DNA of 32,000 nt from Haloferax volcanii DS2 (GTDB lineage Archaea; Halobacteriota; Halobacteria; Halobacteriales; Haloferacaceae): the NCBI RefSeq assembly GCF_000025685.1, contig NC_013966.1:510001-542000 (forward strand). Direction: 5' to 3'. Positions 1-8,186 of the stretch are shown piece by piece. The stretch's first letter is position 1. Each line of letters starts with the position of its first letter. The notes under the pieces are model-generated. The model did no database searches, had not been told where the DNA came from, and saw nothing but the letters and a program-made list of their open reading frames with translations. The position numbers and the translations under genes are program-made.

Positions 1-371
1 GTCTTAAAAGACAACCCAGAGTAGAGTCACAACGTTTGGAAGTTTGAAATTTTATTGATACGAATTGTCAAAACGAATCCGGGCTGCGACTCCAACTCTG
101 TGTCCGCAATGTGATAGAAATCGTATATTAAATTACTCTTCCCTCGCCAGCCGTATCGGCACCGCAGTGAACCAGTATCACAGCCGGGTTCCTACGAGGA
201 AAGCTTCTTCGAGTCGGGGCGGGACTGAGCAGCGACCCTAACGGGATTGGCCGGTGGCTGATTGGGTTGCGCGTCGAATCACCTCCCGTGGCGGTACGCC
301 AACGCCGCCGCGCCATCACTCGGTCGGCTCCGTCCGTTCGATTTTTATCGCTCGGAGACGGTCACACACGA

Positions 372-1244
372 ATGACCGTATTAGATTGGGTCGACGAGCC
401 GCGCATCATCGACACGCACGCCCACCAACCGACCGCGGAGTTCCTCGAAGACGCCGGCGGGGAGATGATGCGGGACGCGGCGAACAGGTTCGGCGCGGAG
501 ATGGAGACGTGGAGCTACGAGGAGATGATAGCCGAGTACCGCGAGCACGACATCGGGCGGGCGGTGCTGCTCGGGTGGGACGCCGAGACGAACACCGGGA
601 ATCCCCCAGTACCGAACGACTACGTGGCCGAGGTCAGAGACGCACACCCGGAGTTCTTCGTCGGGTTCGGGAGCGTGGACCCGCTGAAAGACGACTGCGT
701 CGAGGAGGCGGTCCGGTGCGTCGAAGACCTCGGTCTCTCGGGGTTCAAGTTCCAGCAAATCGCACAGGGGTTCGACCCGAGCGACGACGAACACAGGGCG
801 CTGTTCGACGCCATCGAGGACCTCGGCGTGCCGGTCGTCTTCCACGGCGGGAACTCCACGCTCGGGGCGTGCTCGCCCGGCGGCCGCGGCCTGAAAATCA
901 AGTACGGCGACCCGATGCTCATCGACGACGTGGCCGCCGAGCACCCGGACCTCCAGATTCTCATCGCCCACCCGGCGTACCCGTGGGAAAAAGAGCAACT
1001 CGCCATCTGCCAGCAGAAGGGCAACGTCTACATGGACCTCTCGGGGTGGCTCCCGAAGTACATCGACGAGCAGGTGCTTCACTACGCCAAGACCGTCTTG
1101 CAGGACAAGGTGATGTTCGGCACCGACTACCCGATGATTCGACCGGGGCGGTGGTTCGAGTCCTTCGAGGAGCACTTCGACGCCTCCGAGGAGGTGAAGC
1201 GAAAACTCCTCTGGGAGAACGCGGAACGGTTCCTCGAGTTATAG
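372..1244 (+). CDS. Amidohydrolase_2-family metal-dependent hydrolase/decarboxylase (ACMSD/LigI-like TIM barrel)
   Basis: ORF 267..1244 trimmed to ATG 372 (MTVLDW...). A TATA-like TTTTTATC at 342-349 lies about 22 nt upstream, as expected for a leaderless transcript. N-terminal IDTHAH (HxH) and C-terminal FGTDYP motifs are typical of this family, which is common in aromatic catabolism. Confidence 0.8.
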   Translation: MTVLDWVDEPRIIDTHAHQPTAEFLEDAGGEMMRDAANRFGAEMETWSYEEMIAEYREHDIGRAVLLGWDAETNTGNPPVPNDYVAEVRDAHPEFFVGFGSVDPLKDDCVEEAVRCVEDLGLSGFKFQQIAQGFDPSDDEHRALFDAIEDLGVPVVFHGGNSTLGACSPGGRGLKIKYGDPMLIDDVAAEHPDLQILIAHPAYPWEKEQLAICQQKGNVYMDLSGWLPKYIDEQVLHYAKTVLQDKVMFGTDYPMIRPGRWFESFEEHFDASEEVKRKLLWENAERFLEL

Positions 1245-1351
1245 ACATGTCGGATGCGCTAGTTCAGTAACACTCAATATGTGTTCCGAACGCGTTTTCG
1301 TATGGGGATTGGGACAGTCAATATTCAGATACAGTATCGTTGGGACGGGCG

Positions 1352-1837
1352 ATGAAGTACGAGAACCGACAGCTTACCGCGAAGCAACAGGCAATTCTCT
1401 ATAAAAAGAGAGACAACCCGAACTGGTCTAACACACGTATAGCAACCGCAGTGGGGTGCTCCGATTCACACGTATCAGAGACGTTGCGTAATTACGACCC
1501 GGACAAACTCAACGACGATGGAACAATCGCGGTACCCGTTAAATCGGAAAAGGAGTCCGCAGGAGGCAGATTGAAATGGGTGGTCGCGAGTCTATGTGTC
1601 CAGTTTTGGGGCATCATGTATGCGTTTGGCGGTCCAAATAGCGGCGCAGTAAGTGGAGACCAAGCAGTACTCGTGTTTCTCTTCGCGTGGATAGTCACGC
1701 CGGTCGTAATCTTCGCTGATGCCCAGTTACAACATGCTGAACAGGTGTCCAACCGGCCAAACAGAGTCGTGTGGCCAATAGCGTCATTTTTCATACCCGT
1801 TGTCGCATCACTGTACTACGTCGTGAAGCGCCTCTAA
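1352..1837 (+). CDS. Hypothetical small HTH plus membrane protein, in a low-GC segment
   Basis: ORF 1340..1837 (TTG) trimmed to ATG 1352. G+C is visibly lower than the flanks. The N-terminal ~50 aa are HTH-like (NTRIATAVGCSDSHVSETL). The C-terminal half has three hydrophobic segments. TATA-like CAATATTC lies about 25 nt upstream. Confidence 0.55.
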   Translation: MKYENRQLTAKQQAILYKKRDNPNWSNTRIATAVGCSDSHVSETLRNYDPDKLNDDGTIAVPVKSEKESAGGRLKWVVASLCVQFWGIMYAFGGPNSGAVSGDQAVLVFLFAWIVTPVVIFADAQLQHAEQVSNRPNRVVWPIASFFIPVVASLYYVVKRL

Positions 1838-1838
1838 G

Positions 1839-2603
1839 CTACTCAAACTCCGGCCGCCGCTTCTCCAAGAACGCGGCGACCCCTTCCTCGTGGGCGTCGG
1901 TGTCGTAGGCGAGTGTCTGTGCGTGCGCCTCGCGTTCGAGGCCGTCGGCCCACGACCGGCCGAGGTTCGCGTGTATCGCTTCCTTCGCCAGCGCGAGCGT
2001 CTCCGTCGGCTGTGCGGCGAGCGTCTCTACCGTCTCGTCTACGGTGGCGTCGAGTTCGGCGGCGGCGACCGCCTCGTTCACGAGGTCGAGTTCGGCGGCG
2101 CGCTCGGCCGAGACGAGTTTCCCGGTGAAGGCGAGTTCCTTCGCGGCCCGGAGGCCGACCAACCGGGGGAGCGTCACCGTCGCGCCCGCGTCGGGGACGA
2201 GACCGACGTTGACGAAGGACGCGCCGAAGCGAGCGTCGCGGGTGGCGTAGGCGAAGTCGCAGGCGGCGACGACGGAGGTCCCCGCGCCCACGGCGTCGCC
2301 GTTGACGCGGGCGACGACCGGCACCGGAGCGGTGAGAATCGCCTCGGCGACGCGGCCGAGGGTGCCGCGGACGCGCTCGTAGGCCTCGCGGGCGGTCTCG
2401 TCGCGCTCTGCCATCGCCTGAATGTCGCCGCCGGCGCTGAAGGCGTCGCCGTCGCCGGTTATCACCGCGGCGTCGAACGCCTCGGGCGTCAGTTCTTCGA
2501 GCGCCGCCGAGAGCTCTCGAGCCACGTCGGCGGTGAACGCGTTTTTCGCCTCGGGTCTGTCGAACGTCACGGTCCGGACGCCGTCGGCGTCGTCGACTCG
2601 CAT
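1839..2603 (-). CDS. Crotonase-fold enoyl-CoA hydratase/isomerase, PaaG-like (candidate 1,2-epoxyphenylacetyl-CoA isomerase)
   Basis: 254-aa ORF with oxyanion motif FSAGGDI. The usual hydratase Glu positions read GAGTSVV and GLVPDAG; Asp in VPD is the PaaG-type pattern. TATA-like CTATTTAC lies about 22 nt upstream of the ATG. Confidence 0.8.
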   Translation of the reverse strand: MRVDDADGVRTVTFDRPEAKNAFTADVARELSAALEELTPEAFDAAVITGDGDAFSAGGDIQAMAERDETAREAYERVRGTLGRVAEAILTAPVPVVARVNGDAVGAGTSVVAACDFAYATRDARFGASFVNVGLVPDAGATVTLPRLVGLRAAKELAFTGKLVSAERAAELDLVNEAVAAAELDATVDETVETLAAQPTETLALAKEAIHANLGRSWADGLEREAHAQTLAYDTDAHEEGVAAFLEKRRPEFE

Positions 2604-2684
2604 ACCCGCGCTACGGGGACGCGGGGTAAATAGCCTCGCCGGCTGACCGCCGGGCGAGTCGAGCGGGTCGACGACGCCCCCGGC

Positions 2685-3323
2685 TCACTCAAGCAGCGCC
2701 CCGAACACCGACTGTTGCGCCCGGCGGAGCCGTTCGAGGAACGCCGACTTGCTGATTCCGAGTTCGTCCGCCACGTCCCGAGCCGTGATGCTCCGGGGGA
2801 GGTCGAAGTACCCCATCTCGACGGCCGCCCGGAGGGCGGCTTCCTGCGCGGGCGTGAGGTCCCACGCTCGACCGATGGGCGATTCCTCGTCCGCCCGAAG
2901 CGGGTAGACGCGCTGGAGTTGGATACCGACGGTGCCGCCGGCCGTCTCCATCACGCCGCGGAGTACGTCGTAGCCGACGACCGCCCCGCGCATCGTCGCG
3001 CCGCCGTCGTCGTACCGCATCGACTCGACGAGGAAGCCGGCGTCGACGAGCTCGTGGACGACGCAGGAGTGTTTCGAGAGACAACGGAAGGTGTACGTGT
3101 CGTCGCCGCGGGTGACGTGGAGGTAGCGGATGGCGTCGTCGTCGTCGAGGGCCTCGGGGAGCCGGTCGTCCGCTGGAGCCGAAAAATGGAGCAGGACGTT
3201 GCCGTCGGCGCGGAGTTGCGGCGCGTTCGCGTCGACCGCGACGGGGACCGCGTCGGTCGCCCGCGCCAGCGGGCAGTCGTCGCCGTCGATGCGAAACTCG
3301 GCCACCAAGCACTCCGCTATCAT
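2685..3323 (-). CDS. HTH-10 (bacterio-opsin-activator-like) family transcription regulator, divergent from paaA
   Basis: ORF 2685..3494 trimmed to ATG 3323 (MIAECLVAEF...). The C-terminal HTH_10 signature is LTPAQEAALRAAVEMGYFDLPRSITARDVADELGISKSAFLERLRRAQ. A strong TATA (TTTTTATATTA, reverse of 3345-3355) lies about 21 nt upstream. Confidence 0.8.
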   Translation of the reverse strand: MIAECLVAEFRIDGDDCPLARATDAVPVAVDANAPQLRADGNVLLHFSAPADDRLPEALDDDDAIRYLHVTRGDDTYTFRCLSKHSCVVHELVDAGFLVESMRYDDGGATMRGAVVGYDVLRGVMETAGGTVGIQLQRVYPLRADEESPIGRAWDLTPAQEAALRAAVEMGYFDLPRSITARDVADELGISKSAFLERLRRAQQSVFGALLE

Positions 3324-3344
3324 CTGCGTGTGGGTACGCGACAG

Positions 3345-3355
3345 TAATATAAAAA
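3345..3355 (-). promoter_or_regulatory. TATA box of the HTH-10 regulator gene; may also serve paaA on the other strand
   Basis: TAATATAAAAA on the plus strand reads TTTTTATATTA on the minus strand. It ends about 21 nt upstream of ATG 3323. It is the only strong A/T block in the 90-bp divergent spacer. Confidence 0.5.
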
Positions 3356-3414
3356 GGCAGGTCATGGACGGGTCAATTCGTAAGTAGTCATAGATGATAG
3401 TTCCTGATAGACCA

Positions 3415-4359
3415 ATGGACCTCGAAACCGTCAAAGAACGGGCGGGCCCGCGGCAGTTCGCTCCGAAGGACGACATGCCAGAGGAGTACCGCAAGGCCGC
3501 GACGCGGATGATTCAGTTCCACGCGAACAGCGAGGTGATGGGCGGGTACCTCGAAAAGCCGTTCATCCGGCAAGCGCCGAGCATCGACCGAAAGCTGGCG
3601 TTCTCGGCGAAGGTGCAGGACGAAATCGGCCACGCGCAACTGCTCTACCGCGCCGCCGAGTCCCTCGGCATCAAGACGCGCGACGAGATGCTGGACGAAC
3701 TCGCCCGCGGCGACGGCAAGTTCCTCAACTGCTTCCACTACCCGATGGAGTCGTGGCACGAGGTGCCGATGATAGCGTTCTTCGTCGACGGCGCGGCCAT
3801 GCACCGGCAGGCGACGCTCAAGAACACGTCGTGGACGCCGTACGCCCACGCGATGGACAAAGTGTGCTTCGAGGAGGGCTTCCACGTCAAACACGGCGAA
3901 TCCATCCTCTCCGAGTTGATGAACGGGTCGAAGGCGACCCAAGAGAAGACGCAGGCCGCCTTCGAGACGTGGTGGCCGCGCATCATCCAGTTCTTCGGCC
4001 CGACCAACGACAAGTCCGTCCACAACGACTTCGCGCAGGAGGTCGGCCTGAAGACGAAGTCCAACGACGAACTTCGCGACACCTTCCTCGACACCTACGT
4101 CCCGAAAGCGGAGAAGTACGGCCTCGTCGTCCCCGAGTACCCGCGCATCGAGTACGACGAGGAACTCGACACCTACCACGTCAACGAGGACGACCTGAAC
4201 TGGGACGAGTTCTGGACCATCGCCAAGAACGCCTCGGACGGGAGTCACGAGCAGATTAACTCCCGCGCAAAGGCGCAGGCGGCGGTCGAGTGGGTGCGCG
4301 AATCGATGCACAGTTGGGAGGGCGCGTCGGGGGCCGAAACCCCGCAGGCGGCGGACTGA
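3415..4359 (+). CDS. paaA: 1,2-phenylacetyl-CoA epoxidase catalytic subunit PaaA
   Basis: Ferritin-like di-iron ExxH motifs (QDEIGHAQ, EEGFHVKH) and the conserved MIQFHANSEVMGGY stretch. First gene of a tightly packed paaABCD set. The start could be ATG 3415 (MDLETVK) or ATG 3394. The 3394 ATG lies inside a recurring GATGATAG promoter motif. Confidence 0.9.
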   Translation: MDLETVKERAGPRQFAPKDDMPEEYRKAATRMIQFHANSEVMGGYLEKPFIRQAPSIDRKLAFSAKVQDEIGHAQLLYRAAESLGIKTRDEMLDELARGDGKFLNCFHYPMESWHEVPMIAFFVDGAAMHRQATLKNTSWTPYAHAMDKVCFEEGFHVKHGESILSELMNGSKATQEKTQAAFETWWPRIIQFFGPTNDKSVHNDFAQEVGLKTKSNDELRDTFLDTYVPKAEKYGLVVPEYPRIEYDEELDTYHVNEDDLNWDEFWTIAKNASDGSHEQINSRAKAQAAVEWVRESMHSWEGASGAETPQAAD

Positions 4360-4364
4360 GAACC

Positions 4365-4685
4365 ATGATTTGGGAAGTGTTCAGACAGGACAAACCGGGA
4401 GCGTACCACAAACACTGCGGCAACGTCCACGCGCCGGACCGCGAGTTGGCGCTCCAGTTCGCGGCCGTCCAGCACGGCCGACGGATGAAGACCCACAGCC
4501 TGTGGGTCGTTCCGCACGACGAAATCGGTGAAATCGACGCCGACGAGACGAGCTTCGGCGGGACGACCGACAAGACCTACCGCTGGGCCACCTCGTACAC
4601 GGACATCGAACCGGCCGCGCCGGAAGTCGCCGAAAGCGAGGCCGAGCAGGCCGACGTGGAGAAATCGCTCGAGGCGGACAGCTAA
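4365..4685 (+). CDS. paaB: 1,2-phenylacetyl-CoA epoxidase subunit PaaB
   Basis: ORF 4290..4685 trimmed to ATG 4365 (MIWEVFRQ...), 5 nt after the paaA stop. The small size and WEVF...H.HCG.VHAPD...AL pattern are typical of PaaB. Confidence 0.88.
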   Translation: MIWEVFRQDKPGAYHKHCGNVHAPDRELALQFAAVQHGRRMKTHSLWVVPHDEIGEIDADETSFGGTTDKTYRWATSYTDIEPAAPEVAESEAEQADVEKSLEADS

Positions 4686-4687
4686 CC

Positions 4688-5506
4688 ATGCCCGACGCCC
4701 TCAATCCCGAAGACCTCGACGCCGAACAGCGCGCCGCGCTCGAAGAGTTGCTGTTCCGCCTCGCGGACGACGAGTACGTCCACGGCGAGCGCCTCATCGA
4801 GTGGCAGATTTACGCGCCGACGCTGGAGTCCGACCTCGCGTTGGCGAACGTCGCACAGGACGAATTCGGCCACGCCCGCCTGTGGTACGACCTGCTCGAA
4901 GAACTCGGCCACACCGAGGCGGAACTCATCTGGGAGCGCCCCGCCGACGAGTTCAGACACGCCACGCTGGTCGAACTCCCGTTCGCGGAGGGCGACTGGG
5001 CCGACGTGGTCCTTCGGAGCTACCTCTACGACGCCGCCGAGCGCCTGCGCCTCGACGCGCTCGTCGACACCAGCTACGCGCCGCTCTCCGACCGCGTCGG
5101 CAAGGTGCTGAGCGAGGAGCGCTACCACCTCGAAAACGCCCAGAGCTGGCTCGACCGCCTCGCCGAGGGCGACAGCCGCGACCGCGTACAGGACGCGCTC
5201 GACCGGCTGTTCCCCCACGCACTCTCGCTTTTCGTCGAGCCCGAATACGAGGACGCAATCGTCGACAACGGCTTCCGGACGATGTCCACCGCCGACCTCC
5301 GCATCGAGTGGCTGGAGACGGTCATTCCGTACCTCGAATCGCTCGGGCTCGACGTGCCCGAACCCGACGAGGTCGAGCGCCCGAGCGCCCGCGGCCGCGA
5401 CGGCACCCACACCGACCACTGGGACGAACTGGCCGCGGAGTTCCGGCGGACGTACGACGAGCTCGAAGCGCCCGAGCCGGCGAGAATCGGCGGGGAGCGT
5501 GTCTGA
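4688..5506 (+). CDS. paaC: 1,2-phenylacetyl-CoA epoxidase structural subunit PaaC
   Basis: 272-aa ferritin-like protein with QDEFGHARLW and SEERYHLEN motifs. It starts 2 nt after the paaB stop. Confidence 0.88.
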   Translation: MPDALNPEDLDAEQRAALEELLFRLADDEYVHGERLIEWQIYAPTLESDLALANVAQDEFGHARLWYDLLEELGHTEAELIWERPADEFRHATLVELPFAEGDWADVVLRSYLYDAAERLRLDALVDTSYAPLSDRVGKVLSEERYHLENAQSWLDRLAEGDSRDRVQDALDRLFPHALSLFVEPEYEDAIVDNGFRTMSTADLRIEWLETVIPYLESLGLDVPEPDEVERPSARGRDGTHTDHWDELAAEFRRTYDELEAPEPARIGGERV

Positions 5507-5942
5507 CGTGAGCGCCGACGACGCGCGCGAGGCGACGGCCTGCGGCTACACGGAGTACGTCGACGGCGAGGTCCCGGAGGGCTTCCCGAAGACGGGCGTC
5601 GGAGCCACGGGCGTCGAAGCCGACATCTGGGACGCCCTCTACGAAATCGAGGACCCCGAGATGCCGGTGAGCATCGTCGACCTCGGCCTCATCTACGACG
5701 TTCGGGTCGTCGAGCGAGAGGGCGAAGACGGCGAGACGAAGACGCTCGGTATCGTCGAGATGACGCTGACGTACACCGGCTGTCCGGCGCGCGACTATCT
5801 CGAAAACGACGTGCAGTGCGCGATTCTGGCGGCCGGCGTCGACGAGGCGTCCGTACGGCTCCGGTTCACGCCGGAGTGGACCGTCGACATGGTGACCGAG
5901 GCGGGCCGCGAGGCCCTCCGCGAGTTCGGGCTGGGGGTGTGA
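5499..5942 (+). CDS. paaD: PaaD N-terminal module (DUF59/MIP18-type domain), ending at an in-frame TGA
   Basis: GTG start overlaps the paaC stop by 8 nt. It carries the DUF59 signature IEDPEMPVSIVDLGLIYDV...TLTYTGCPA. It ends with ...REALREFGLGV, exactly where bacterial PaaD continues into its Zn-ribbon. Confidence 0.8.
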   Translation: MSDVSADDAREATACGYTEYVDGEVPEGFPKTGVGATGVEADIWDALYEIEDPEMPVSIVDLGLIYDVRVVEREGEDGETKTLGIVEMTLTYTGCPARDYLENDVQCAILAAGVDEASVRLRFTPEWTVDMVTEAGREALREFGLGV

Positions 5943-5945
5943 GCG

Positions 5946-6113
5946 ATGCGCCGCTTCGACCCAAGCACCGAGACGACGGGCGAGACATCGGGCGCGGAGT
6001 GCCCGTACTGCGGTGGCACGAACACCGTCCGCGAGCACCCGAAAGGGCCGGGACTGTGCCGGTCGATGCACTTCTGTAACGACTGTCAAGAGCCGTTCCA
6101 GCGGTTCGAATAA
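5946..6113 (+). CDS. PaaD C-terminal Zn-ribbon module as a separate 55-aa ORF (not in the supplied ORF track)
   Basis: My translation: MRRFDPSTETTGETSGAECPYCGGTNTVREHPKGPGLCRSMHFCNDCQEPFQRFE. The pattern CPxCG...C(K/R)x(L/M)xxCxxCxEPFxxF matches the C-terminus of bacterial PaaD. Third-codon G/C is about 84 percent. It is in the same frame as 5499..5942, separated only by TGA-GCG. Confidence 0.65.
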   Translation: MRRFDPSTETTGETSGAECPYCGGTNTVREHPKGPGLCRSMHFCNDCQEPFQRFE

Positions 6114-6141
6114 CGTCGGCGGAGCGACCGGAGAAGAGCGG

Positions 6142-6148
6142 TTTTTTT
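6142..6148 (+). terminator. Oligo-T (T7) candidate archaeal terminator of the paaABCD unit
   Basis: A run of 7 T lies 29 nt after the Zn-ribbon ORF stop, in otherwise very GC-rich sequence. Archaeal termination commonly uses T-tracts. Confidence 0.4.
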
Positions 6149-6275
6149 CGAACGGCGTCCGCGGAGCGCCGAGGCGGTCACTCCGGGGACGGCGGGTTGA
6201 GGGCAGGAGCGTGCAGCGGAGCGCGGGGTGAGGGCCGAGCCGTTCAGCGAGTCGCGGGCCGAAGTCTCGGGCGAA

Positions 6276-7727
6276 TCAGCCGAGGTTGAGGTTCACGTTC
6301 TTCGCCTGCGTGAACTCGCGGACGGCCTCCGCTCCCTGCTCGCGGCCGTGACCGCTCTGTTTCGTGCCGCCGAAGGGCGTCTGCGGGAACGTGACCGGGT
6401 ACTCGTTGACGCTGACCATCCCGTAGTCGAGCGCGTCGGCGACGCCGTGAGCGCGAGAGAGCCCCTCGGTCCAGACGCCGGCGAGAAGCCCGTACGGGGA
6501 GTCGTTGGCGAGTTCGATCGCCTCCGTTCGGTCCGAGAACTCGGTGACGACGAGGACCGGGCCGAATATCTCCTCGCGGGCCACGGTCATGTCGTTCGTC
6601 ACGTCGGCGAGAACCGTCGGCTCCACGAAGTAGCCGGTGTCCTTGTCCTCGGGGACGCCCCCGCCGCAGGCGACGGTCGCGCCCTCCTCGACGCCGAGGG
6701 AGATGTACTCCAACACGTCCCCGCGGTGGGACTCGCTGACGACCGGCCCCATCCGGCCGTCGTCGTCGATGCCGGAGCCGAGCGGGGTCGACTCGGCGCG
6801 CGCGACGACGCGCTCGACGAGGTCGTCGGCCACCTCCTCGTGGACGAGCAGGCGCGACCCGGCCCAGCACATCTGGCCGGCGTTCATGAAGATGCCGTAG
6901 TGGACGCCCTTGGCGGCGGCGTCGAGGTCGGCGTCGGGGAAGACGACGTTGGGGCCCTTCCCGCCGAGTTCGAGCGTGACGCCGGTCACGTTGGCCGCGG
7001 CGTCGGCCATGACGCCTTTACCGACTTCGGTGCTGCCGGTGAAGGTGACGTGCGCCACGTCGGGGTGCGAGGCGAGCGCCGACCCCGCCTCGGACCCGCT
7101 TCCGGGAACCACGTTCACCACGCCGTCGGGGAGGCCGGCTTCCTCGGCCGCGAGGCCGTAGTAGAGCGCCGAAAGTGGCGTCTGGCTGGAGGGCTTTACC
7201 ACCGCCGTGTTGCCGCAGGCGAGCGCCGGCGCGAGACTGCGCCCCGCGAGTTGGAACGGGTAGTTCCACGGGACGATGTGTCCGGTGACGCCGAGCGGTT
7301 CGCGGGTCGTGTAGTTGACGCGCCGGCCGGGGACGGGGTTGTACTCGCCGGTCACCTTGTCGGTCCATCCGGCGTAGTAGCGGAAGGTGTCGACGACCAT
7401 CTGGACCTCCATACCGGCCTCGAACGGCGTCTTGCCGTTATCGTGGGACTCGACGAGCGCTATCTCGTCTTTCCGCGCCTCGATGAAGTCGGCCATCGCG
7501 CGCAGTTTCTCTCCGCGCTCGGCCGCGCTCGTGGTCTCCCACTCGCCGCCGCGAGCGCCCGCCGAGTTCGCCGCCCGCACCGCGGCGTCGACGTCCGCCT
7601 CGCCCGCGCGGGCGACCTCGGCGTACGGCGCTTCGGTCGCCGGGTCGCGCGTCTCGATGGTCTCGTCCGATGCCGCGGCTACCCAGTCCCCGTCGATGTA
7701 GAGACCGGTCGGGCCACTGTATTCCAT
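6276..7727 (-). CDS. NAD(P)-dependent aldehyde dehydrogenase (candidate PaaZ-ALDH equivalent or phenylacetaldehyde dehydrogenase)
   Basis: 483-aa ALDH with general-base motif LELGGKGP and catalytic Cys in FMNAGQMCWAGSRL. It has its own TATA (TTAATATTAT, minus strand, about 22 nt upstream of the ATG). Confidence 0.9.
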   Translation of the reverse strand: MEYSGPTGLYIDGDWVAAASDETIETRDPATEAPYAEVARAGEADVDAAVRAANSAGARGGEWETTSAAERGEKLRAMADFIEARKDEIALVESHDNGKTPFEAGMEVQMVVDTFRYYAGWTDKVTGEYNPVPGRRVNYTTREPLGVTGHIVPWNYPFQLAGRSLAPALACGNTAVVKPSSQTPLSALYYGLAAEEAGLPDGVVNVVPGSGSEAGSALASHPDVAHVTFTGSTEVGKGVMADAAANVTGVTLELGGKGPNVVFPDADLDAAAKGVHYGIFMNAGQMCWAGSRLLVHEEVADDLVERVVARAESTPLGSGIDDDGRMGPVVSESHRGDVLEYISLGVEEGATVACGGGVPEDKDTGYFVEPTVLADVTNDMTVAREEIFGPVLVVTEFSDRTEAIELANDSPYGLLAGVWTEGLSRAHGVADALDYGMVSVNEYPVTFPQTPFGGTKQSGHGREQGAEAVREFTQAKNVNLNLG

Positions 7728-7795
7728 TACGAAATACCCTTTTCGCGCATAATATTAACTATTGTTGATTACTAACTCTGCGGCGGGCGGAGAAC

Positions 7796-8179
7796 TCAAC
7801 CGGTTTTGTAGACTCCCCTCGCGGTCGCCACGTGATTCCCGTCCGTCGCGTACACGTCCACGTCCACGGTTCCCACGTCGCCGCCGAGTCGAACCACGTC
7901 GGCCTCGGCGCGGAGGTCACCGGTCCCCGCGTTGAGATAGTCGATTCGCATATCGATAGTCGGGACGGGCTGGTCGACCTCGCTGACGAGCGCCGCGCCG
8001 CCGACCGTGTCCGCGAGGGTGAACGTCACGCCGCCGTGGGCCATCACCCGGTCGGCGTTCCACGACAGTTCCTCGCGCATCTCGACGCGACCCTCCGCGT
8101 GCCCGTCTGCGACCTCGGTGACTTCGACGCCCAACAGCCGCGCGAACGGCATGCTCTCGAAGAACTCCTCGATGTCCAT
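7796..8179 (-). CDS. PaaI/hotdog-fold acyl-CoA thioesterase (copy 1)
   Basis: ORF 7796..8194 (GTG) trimmed to ATG 8179 (MDIEEFF...). It has the hotdog signature AHGGVTFTLADTVGG. Confidence 0.8.
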   Translation of the reverse strand: MDIEEFFESMPFARLLGVEVTEVADGHAEGRVEMREELSWNADRVMAHGGVTFTLADTVGGAALVSEVDQPVPTIDMRIDYLNAGTGDLRAEADVVRLGGDVGTVDVDVYATDGNHVATARGVYKTG

Positions 8180-8186
8180 GCCACCA

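Noticed and set aside
267-371. N-terminal extensions offered by the ORF track (267 for the amidohydrolase; also 3494, 15279, 26845, 26613, 12922, 17613, 22842, 4290)
   Set aside because: The extensions are basic or low-complexity and run through TATA-like promoter elements or neighbouring genes. Conserved family N-termini begin at the internal ATGs used in the feature table.
3394-3414. ATG 3394 as the paaA start
   Set aside because: This is not excluded. However, this ATG is part of the recurring GATGATAG promoter-region motif, and the conserved PaaA sequence begins at MDLETVK (3415). It is kept as an alternative only.
5940-5942. In-frame TGA in paaD as a selenocysteine codon
   Set aside because: Sec decoding in Archaea is known essentially from methanogen-type lineages, not Halobacteria. 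The aligned position in bacterial PaaD is a linker, not a redox Cys, and an ATG follows 3 nt later, which fits a two-cistron arrangement. I cannot see a SECIS-like element, though I did not fold the region.
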